Positions 17,812 to 24,466 of a stretch of 32,000 bases of DNA are shown one piece after another. The notes under the pieces were generated by a model. That model did no database searches. It saw nothing but the letters and a program-made list of their open reading frames with translations, and was not told the origin of the DNA. Source of the DNA: Acaryochloris marina S15 (lineage in GTDB: Bacteria > Cyanobacteriota > Cyanobacteriia > Thermosynechococcales > Thermosynechococcaceae); contig NZ_CP064925.1 of the NCBI RefSeq assembly GCF_018336915.1, positions 30,001-62,000 on the forward strand. Reading direction: 5' to 3'. Numbering within the stretch: the stretch's first letter is position 1; the number at the start of each line of letters is the position of its first letter. The translations under genes and the position numbers were made by a program.

Positions 17812-18069
17812 ATGTCGATTTATGTTGGCAACCTTTCCTATGAAGTTACTGAGGAAGCCTTAAACAAAATATTTGCGGAATACGGTGCTGTGCAAAAGGT
17901 TAATATTCCCACTGACAGAGAAACAGGCAAGATTAGAGGGTTTGGCTTTGTAAAGATGATTGACGAAACTGAAGCAGCTCAGGCCATCGAAGACTTGAAC
18001 GGGGCTGAGTGGATGGGGCGCACCCTGAAAGTGAATATGGCAAAACCCCGTGCTAGCAAGGGAGGGTAA
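17812..18069 (+). CDS. RRM-type RNA-binding protein (cyanobacterial Rbp-like)
   Basis: MSIYVGNLSYEVTEEALNKIFAEYGAVQKVNIPTDRETGKIRGFGFVKM.., 85 aa, with RNP2 and RNP1 motifs present. Confidence 0.92.
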   Translation: MSIYVGNLSYEVTEEALNKIFAEYGAVQKVNIPTDRETGKIRGFGFVKMIDETEAAQAIEDLNGAEWMGRTLKVNMAKPRASKGG

Positions 18070-18090
18070 CCCCTGCGAAATGGAGCCAGT

Positions 18091-18531
18091 TTAAGAAAGT
18101 AAACCCAACAACTCCCCCGCAGCCTTCACCTTTGCCTGCTTCTTTGACGGCCCCTCACCAATTCCTTCTATGCCCATAGCCCGCACTGCACAGCGAAAAC
18201 CTTCCGGTATCACCTCAAACTCATATCTGGGCATAGAGATTTGCTGACGCTGGCATAACTCCTGCAATGCCCCAATCGGATTCTCCACCACATCACCAGG
18301 CAAGCTCATGGGTTCTTCTGGGTCTTCCTCCAGGTCCTCAGCTTCTTCCTGGCCTGGGTGCAAGACCCTCACCTGTTGCTCAGCTCTGAGAATAGCTCGG
18401 TTTCTGGCGCAATCTAGAAATTTGATCAATGCATCTTCAGGATCATCATTGGGGTAAAGGTAGGCGAGGAATCCAAGGTGTTCGGGGGTTAGGTGGATGG
18501 TCAGACTGGAGATTGGCTGATGGAAGGGCAT
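18091..18531 (-). CDS. Stand-alone double-stranded-RNA-binding-domain (dsRBD) protein with an unknown acidic N-terminal region
   Basis: The C-terminal 70 aa fit the alpha-beta-beta-beta-alpha dsRBM pattern: NPIGALQELCQRQQISMPRYEFEVIPEGFRCAVRAMGIEGIGEGPSKKQAKVKAAGELLGLL. This includes the SKKxAKxxAA helix. No RNase III catalytic signature is present. The start lies 2 nt after the P450 stop. Confidence 0.7.
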   Translation of the reverse strand: MPFHQPISSLTIHLTPEHLGFLAYLYPNDDPEDALIKFLDCARNRAILRAEQQVRVLHPGQEEAEDLEEDPEEPMSLPGDVVENPIGALQELCQRQQISMPRYEFEVIPEGFRCAVRAMGIEGIGEGPSKKQAKVKAAGELLGLLS

Positions 18532-18533
18532 GG

Positions 18534-19889
18534 TTAGAGGTTGGAAGACTCCAAAATCATCTTAATTCCATGTTTTGGACGCAAAGTTATTGACGGTAAC
18601 AGCTCAATAGACTGGTCCGGGACAAGTTTGAAGTAATGTTGTTTTGAAATCATCGCTAGTATTAGCGTCGCCTCCATCATGGAAAAGGCTTTGCCAATGC
18701 AACTCCTTGGTCCTGCTCCAAAAGGGAAATAAGCACAGCGTGGCAGATTTAGTTCTAATTCACCCATCCATCGCTCAGGTGAAAACTTCTCAGGATTGTC
18801 AAAGAAGCGGGCATCTCGATGGACAATCCATTGACTGAAATAAACAGACGTTCCTTTCTCCAGCAAATAAGGGCCAATCATGCAGTCTTGGGCAACTTCG
18901 CGAGTCAGCGCCCAAGCTGATGGATACAGACGCATTGACTCTTTAAGAACCATCTCTGTGTAAGGCAAGAGGGGAAGGTCTGTGATGTCTGGTTCTCTTC
19001 CCTTCAGGACGGATTGCGTCTCTAAGGTTAGCTTAGTTGCAACTACCGGATTTTGAGCCAACAGCATTAGCGTCCAGGTTAGGGAATTGGCTGTAGTCTC
19101 ATGCCCTGCTAGTAATAGCGTCATAACTTCATCGCGCAGCTCATCCATCGAGAGCTGATTACCATCTTCATCTTGGGTGGAGAGAAGACTTGACAACAAA
19201 TCATCTTGCGGAGAATGACGACGCTCTTCAATGATGGACACTACGATCTTATTGAGGTATTTAATAGCCTGATTTGCTCTAAGATTACTCGGCGTAGGTA
19301 TCCAAGTAGGAACTAAAAAGCTAGTCTGTCCCCTGTGATAGCTTTGAAGCATAATTGCTTCTAAGGCATCCCCAATCTCTAAAGCTACTTGGGTAACATC
19401 AACGCCAAAGAGAACTTTGGTAATCACCTTAACGGTAAGCTGACTCATCTCCTGGTGGATATCACGGACCTCTCCGTTCTTCCAGGTATTGAGCATCTCA
19501 ACAGTGCTTTCTATAGCCGTAGCAGCATAGGCCGATATCTTGTCCTGAGTGAAGGCAGGCTGCATAAGACGCCGATGTCGTTGCCAGAGTTCTCCATCAC
19601 TCAGCAGTAGACCATTACCAAGGAATCCTTTCAAAGAACGATAGCTAATGTCCTTAATAAAATGCTGATTTTTTTTGCTGAGGACTTCGGAAATCAGGTC
19701 AGGATGATGAAAAATATAGATATGGGTTGAACCAATACTTATCCTCTCTACATCTCCATATTCCTTAGCGGACTTGATCGAAAATTCGATCGGTTTTCGA
19801 GAGAACTGTATCAGTTGCCAGACAGCAGAGAGGCCGTTAATTCCTGGTACTTCATTGGGATAAGTAGGCGTAGGAGTACTAGTTGTCAT
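18534..19889 (-). CDS. Cytochrome P450
   Basis: 451 aa. The I-helix is LLAGHETTA, the ExxR motif is ESMRLYP, and the heme-Cys loop is FPFGAGPRSCIGKAF. Confidence 0.93.
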   Translation of the reverse strand: MTTSTPTPTYPNEVPGINGLSAVWQLIQFSRKPIEFSIKSAKEYGDVERISIGSTHIYIFHHPDLISEVLSKKNQHFIKDISYRSLKGFLGNGLLLSDGELWQRHRRLMQPAFTQDKISAYAATAIESTVEMLNTWKNGEVRDIHQEMSQLTVKVITKVLFGVDVTQVALEIGDALEAIMLQSYHRGQTSFLVPTWIPTPSNLRANQAIKYLNKIVVSIIEERRHSPQDDLLSSLLSTQDEDGNQLSMDELRDEVMTLLLAGHETTANSLTWTLMLLAQNPVVATKLTLETQSVLKGREPDITDLPLLPYTEMVLKESMRLYPSAWALTREVAQDCMIGPYLLEKGTSVYFSQWIVHRDARFFDNPEKFSPERWMGELELNLPRCAYFPFGAGPRSCIGKAFSMMEATLILAMISKQHYFKLVPDQSIELLPSITLRPKHGIKMILESSNL

Positions 19890-19985
19890 AATTTACAGAG
19901 ATCATTGATGAGCTGGAGTCAGGCAGCTAAGACTTAACAATAGGATCACACTCGCCAGATACTAGGTGGCTTAAAATACTGTGAA

Positions 19986-20060
19986 GAATAAAAATTCAAT
20001 TTGGTTTACAAGATAGAAAAACTAAGTATTTTTATAAAGCATAGGATGAATAAAAATTCA
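19986..20060. repeat. 13-bp direct repeat pair in the AT-rich divergent P450/tpsA intergenic region
   Basis: gaataaaaattca occurs at 19986-19998 and 20048-20060, a 62-bp spacing, inside the 351-bp intergenic region 19890-20240. Confidence 0.5.
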
Positions 20061-20240
20061 GGATTGTACAGTTACATTACTTGATAACACTTAGTTTCTA
20101 CAGGTATGCTTGTTGACGCTAGATTTTTTATTATGGAAATCTTTTTTGCTTCACGTAAGCATCTATATTCTTTCAAAGAAATGCTTAATAAACAGATGGC
20201 TATTTTTAAGCATCATTTAGTTAATATATAATGCATTTTC

Positions 20241-22757
20241 ATGAATTCACTTAGATTTTGGAGTCATTCGTTATCATCTTTTTGCTTCATTCTAGTATCA
20301 ACAGTCCAAGCGGATGCTCAGATTATTCCTGACTCTACACTTGGGGCAGAAAGTTCAATTGTTAATTCTATCAATGGCACTCCTAATACTAGGCTAACAG
20401 GTGGAGTAACTAGAGGTTCAAATCTTTTTCATAGCTTTTTAGAATTTAGTATTAACAACGGCCAGGGAGCTTATTTTGATACTTCTAATAATATACAAAC
20501 AATTATAACGAGAGTAACAGGAAATAAAACTTCTCTAATTAATGGAGCTTTAGGTAACTTAGGAAATGCTGATCTCTTCTTTCTTAATCCCAATGGCATC
20601 ATTTTTGGTCGAAATGCCTCTCTAGACCTCAATGGCTCCTTTATTGGTAGTACTGCAAATAACCTTTGGTTTAAGGATAAATCAATCTTCCCTGCTAATC
20701 CTTCGCTTAAATCTCTTGTACTTACTAGTAGCACCCCAAGTAGTCTTGAATTCTCAGAAAACCCTGGCCTTATCCAGATAGTTGGTGAAGGCAACAGACT
20801 CGCAGATTTCACGATTTTCCCACTATTCAATCCTTTTAATGTTCCAGCTGGACTTTCTTTAAAGCCGAATAATACTCTTGCATTGATTGGTGGGAGAATC
20901 TTAAGTCAAGGAGGAGTAATAAGATCCTCAAGTGGTCGAATTGAATTAGGTAGTATTTCCAGCGGTGAAATAGAACTCAATAAGATTAATTCAGGTTGGG
21001 CATTTGATTACTCAAATGTAAACTTATTCCAAAATATTGAACTCACTGAAAGATCACTTATTGATACTTCCGGTATTGTAGGTGGATCAATTAATTTACA
21101 AGGTCGAAGCATTACTTTAGACGGGGGTTCTACCGTCTTAATACAAAATCTGGGAGATTTACCTTCAGGGAATATCACAGTAAGTGCTTCGGAAAGTCTA
21201 ACAGTAAGTGGAATATCTGATGATCCTCGTTTCATCACTCCTGTAATTGCTGCAATTGCCGGGGATGACTTAAATATTAAAATCCCTAGCACCTTCTTAA
21301 CAGAAACTATTGGTCAAGGAGAATCAGGAGATATTAAAGTTTCCACCTCAAAATTAGTTGTTAATGATGGTGCTCAAATCCTTACAAGAACTTACAGTAC
21401 TGGGGAGACTGGGAAGATAGATATTAAAGCTACTGAAACTATTCAAGTTTTAGATTTTGCACCAACTTTACCAGTGGTCTTTAGCAATATTAGTACTGCT
21501 ACATTTAATTCGGGTGATTCTGGAGATCTAACGCTATCCGCCAAAAATATAGTTGCCTCTAACGGTGGTAGTATCGGTTCTGCTACTTTCAATATTGGGA
21601 ATGGGGGAGATGTAAATATTAATGCAACAGACATTACTTTGACAGGGGTAGTACCATTTTTATTTATTCCTAGTGGAATTACTGGAGCTACATTTAGCTC
21701 CGGCTCCGCAGGTACAATAACAATCAATACGTCTTCTTTGTCATTAATAGATGGTGGTCGTTTAGGAACATCTACAGTTGCATCTGGTGATGCTGGTGAA
21801 GTTACGATTAATGCTGCTCAGTTTGTAAAAGTTAGTGGGACTGTTCCTGGCTCAATAAACCCCAGCATAATAGATTCCTCCGCTAATATTATTGATCCTG
21901 CCTTAAGAGTTGAATTAGGGCTGCCTGGAAGTCCACTGCCAATAATACCTAGTGGAACTGCTGGTGACGTATCCATCAGCACCCAGAATTTACTTGTTGA
22001 TAATGGTGGTCTAATTAGTGTTCGAAATGATGGTCAAGGAGATGCAGGATCACTAACAATTGATAGCAAAAGAATTAGTCTGAATAATGGAGCTATTGTC
22101 GCTAGCACCAACGGCGGTAATGGTGGAAACATTGATCTTTTATCAGAGCTATTGATATCAAACAATGGCTTAATTTCTGGATCGGCTCAAGGTGATGGAA
22201 CGGGTGGCAACTTAACTATCAATTCAGATCTAATCGTTTCATTCAATAACAGTCTATTTTCTGCAAATGCAGAGCAAGCAACAGGTGGAAATATTTTGGT
22301 TAACACTCAAGGAATATTTCTAGGTGAAGATAGCAAGATCACGGCTTCATCCTTATTAGGGGCGCAATTTACTGGCAATATCGAAGTCAATAGTCCCAAC
22401 ATAGATTTCACAAAGGCAACATTGGATCTAGCGATTAGACCTGAAATTGAGCGAGTGACAACTAGCTGTAATATCAGCCCTGGAGAAGCAGCGAGTGAAT
22501 TCACTCGTCCTGGGTCCGGGGGGATTGCATCAAACTCTGATAGTTTTGGGGAAATTAGTGTAGCTACAACCAGTCAAGCTAATCTGCAAGCCCAACAAGA
22601 ATATTATCTTGATCCAGAAACAGGGAAGCCAGAAAAATACCCCAACGTTGTTGGCTGGAAAAACAATCCAGATGGCACAATTGCATTTACTTCTGATCCA
22701 ACAGAAGCAGTCCAAACTAAAGCGTTCTGCTCAAAAGCTGCCTCAAAAGAATCATAG
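20241..22757 (+). CDS. Two-partner-secretion exoprotein (TpsA), with a filamentous-hemagglutinin-type N-terminal TPS domain plus beta-helix
   Basis: The signal peptide is MNSLRFWSHSLSSFCFILVSTVQADA. The TPS domain is GGVTRGSNLFHSFLEFSI..ITRVTG..SLINGAL..ADLFFLNPNGIIFG. At least 9 rung-like motifs of the form GxxGD/N-h-x-h-x-A/S/T occur (GDSGDLTLSA, GNGGDVNINA, GSAGTITINT, GDAGEVTINA, GTAGDVSIST, GDAGSLTIDS, GNGGNIDLLS, GTGGNLTINS, ATGGNILVNT). Confidence 0.9.
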   Translation: MNSLRFWSHSLSSFCFILVSTVQADAQIIPDSTLGAESSIVNSINGTPNTRLTGGVTRGSNLFHSFLEFSINNGQGAYFDTSNNIQTIITRVTGNKTSLINGALGNLGNADLFFLNPNGIIFGRNASLDLNGSFIGSTANNLWFKDKSIFPANPSLKSLVLTSSTPSSLEFSENPGLIQIVGEGNRLADFTIFPLFNPFNVPAGLSLKPNNTLALIGGRILSQGGVIRSSSGRIELGSISSGEIELNKINSGWAFDYSNVNLFQNIELTERSLIDTSGIVGGSINLQGRSITLDGGSTVLIQNLGDLPSGNITVSASESLTVSGISDDPRFITPVIAAIAGDDLNIKIPSTFLTETIGQGESGDIKVSTSKLVVNDGAQILTRTYSTGETGKIDIKATETIQVLDFAPTLPVVFSNISTATFNSGDSGDLTLSAKNIVASNGGSIGSATFNIGNGGDVNINATDITLTGVVPFLFIPSGITGATFSSGSAGTITINTSSLSLIDGGRLGTSTVASGDAGEVTINAAQFVKVSGTVPGSINPSIIDSSANIIDPALRVELGLPGSPLPIIPSGTAGDVSISTQNLLVDNGGLISVRNDGQGDAGSLTIDSKRISLNNGAIVASTNGGNGGNIDLLSELLISNNGLISGSAQGDGTGGNLTINSDLIVSFNNSLFSANAEQATGGNILVNTQGIFLGEDSKITASSLLGAQFTGNIEVNSPNIDFTKATLDLAIRPEIERVTTSCNISPGEAASEFTRPGSGGIASNSDSFGEISVATTSQANLQAQQEYYLDPETGKPEKYPNVVGWKNNPDGTIAFTSDPTEAVQTKAFCSKAASKES

Positions 22758-22765
22758 GCAGATAC

Positions 22766-24466
22766 ATGTTTAATAGAAATTTTTTGCTGCTTAGTCTGGT
22801 TGGGCCATGTATCTTTTCGCAACCTGCTTTTTCTCAAGCACAACTTCTAAATCCATCTGATCTAACACCCAGGAAATCTCCTATACCAGATTTTCCAATA
22901 CTACCTGAGTTAGATCCCTTACTGGAAAAACCTTCGTTACCTGAGCAAATTCCACCCGATTTTTTACAGGATTCTGTTGAGGTAGAAAGCTTTTTATTCA
23001 AAGGAGCTACTGTTTATCGTGACGAGGATTTACAGAAAATTTCTGCACCATATCTGGAAGGACCACAAAGTATTGTTGAGCTACAAGAACTCACTCAGGA
23101 AATTGTTGCTTTTTACGAAAATGCTGGATATGTTGCAATCTCAGCAGCTCTGGCACAACAGCAAAACTCCAAGATAGATCCCAGTAAAGCCGTCGTCACA
23201 ATCCTGATCACGGAAGGTACTCTTGAGAACATTGATATCCAGGGAGCTAAGCGCCTGGAGAAGTATGTTCGGCAGCGATTGCCCAAGCTAAATTCAATAA
23301 TTAACGAAGACACGATCCTAGAAGATATCCGAATACTACAAGCAGACCCACTGGTTGAGAAAATTTCAGTTGGTCTGACAAAGGGGTCTTTCTTGAATCG
23401 ATACACCCTAAACGTTGAAGTTACCCCAGCAAAACAAAGGAGTCTAGTTCTTGCCCTCGACAACGATCGCCCTCCTACTGTAGATACGTTTCAACGCAGC
23501 ATCGAATTCACAGATCGCAACCTCGTTGGATGGGGGGACAACCTCAACCTCAAAGTTAGCAATACAGACGGCAGCACCTCTGTTCAGTTTGCCTATTCTC
23601 TGCCAGTAAATCCCCAAAACGGCACCGTGGGTGTGAAATATTTCTACGGTTCGAGCAAGGTGGTAGAAGACCCTTTTGATGGACTGGATATCGAGGCTGA
23701 TGCAGAGCTTTGGGAATTATGGTTTAGGCAACCCATTATCCAAAAAGCAACCACAAATTCAGTAGAAGAACTTGCATTAAGGATCGCATTCACTCGTGAA
23801 TCCAGTGACTTCTCGCTATTGGGCATCCCTTTCCCGGTTTCAAGAGGTGCCGATGCATTAGGCCGAACCCGAACATCAGTTCTTCGCTTTTCTCAGGACT
23901 GGTCTAAGCAGAGCAATGAAACTATTCTCTTCTTGAGGTCACAGTTTAATTTTGGTCTAGATATTCTAGGCGCGACAACAGATGATGACGGTCCTGATGG
24001 TCGCTTTTTCGCGTGGAAGGCACAAGGGCTTGTGGTAAAACGATTGTTTGATGATTGGACAATAGCTTTAAGATCCGAGCTGCAACTTGCTGAAAGTACC
24101 CTCGTCCCTTCAGAGCAAGTCTCTTTGGGGGGATTCTCCTCTGTCCGTGGTTATCGCCAAAATCTATTGTTGGGTGATAATGGTTGGCTTAGTTCAATAG
24201 AACTAGGGATTCCCCTTTACTCAGGAGCCGTTGGTAATTTTAGGCTAGCGCCATTTTTTGAGGTCGGTACAGTTTGGAATAACGAGCCTCAATTTATTCC
24301 TACTGCAAATACCCTTGCTGCAGTAGGAATTGGTTTGCGCTATCAGCAAGGAGACTGCCCAAGTGTCCGTCTTGACTGGGGTATCCCCTTGCTAAACACT
24401 CCAGAACAAAGGCCATCTCTTCAAGAATCAGGCATCTACATATCAGTACAATGCGATATTTTTTAA
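22766..24466 (+). CDS. TpsB outer-membrane transporter (ShlB/FhaC/HecB family, POTRA plus beta-barrel)
   Basis: The signal peptide is MFNRNFLLLSLVGPCIFSQPAFSQA. The POTRA-like segment is VESFLFKGATVYRDEDLQKISAPYLEGPQSIVELQELTQEIVAFYENAGY. The barrel motif is LGGFSSVRGYRQN and the terminal residue is Phe (..SVQCDIF*). The start lies 9 nt after the TpsA stop. Confidence 0.9.
   Translation: MFNRNFLLLSLVGPCIFSQPAFSQAQLLNPSDLTPRKSPIPDFPILPELDPLLEKPSLPEQIPPDFLQDSVEVESFLFKGATVYRDEDLQKISAPYLEGPQSIVELQELTQEIVAFYENAGYVAISAALAQQQNSKIDPSKAVVTILITEGTLENIDIQGAKRLEKYVRQRLPKLNSIINEDTILEDIRILQADPLVEKISVGLTKGSFLNRYTLNVEVTPAKQRSLVLALDNDRPPTVDTFQRSIEFTDRNLVGWGDNLNLKVSNTDGSTSVQFAYSLPVNPQNGTVGVKYFYGSSKVVEDPFDGLDIEADAELWELWFRQPIIQKATTNSVEELALRIAFTRESSDFSLLGIPFPVSRGADALGRTRTSVLRFSQDWSKQSNETILFLRSQFNFGLDILGATTDDDGPDGRFFAWKAQGLVVKRLFDDWTIALRSELQLAESTLVPSEQVSLGGFSSVRGYRQNLLLGDNGWLSSIELGIPLYSGAVGNFRLAPFFEVGTVWNNEPQFIPTANTLAAVGIGLRYQQGDCPSVRLDWGIPLLNTPEQRPSLQESGIYISVQCDIF

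Noticed and set aside
22467-22757. TpsA C-terminus as a CDI-type toxin domain
   Set aside because: The tail is only about 95 aa and low-complexity (Q/E/K/P-rich). It has no VENN-like pre-toxin motif, and no small immunity ORF follows. The next gene is tpsB.
20471-22843. Several 60-119-aa minus-strand ORFs inside tpsA (20471-20830, 21008-21292, 21443-21727, 22307-22504, 22530-22715, 22604-22843)
   Set aside because: They are antisense to a strongly supported TPS/beta-helix coding frame and have no motifs. They are typical shadow ORFs in a biased-composition gene.
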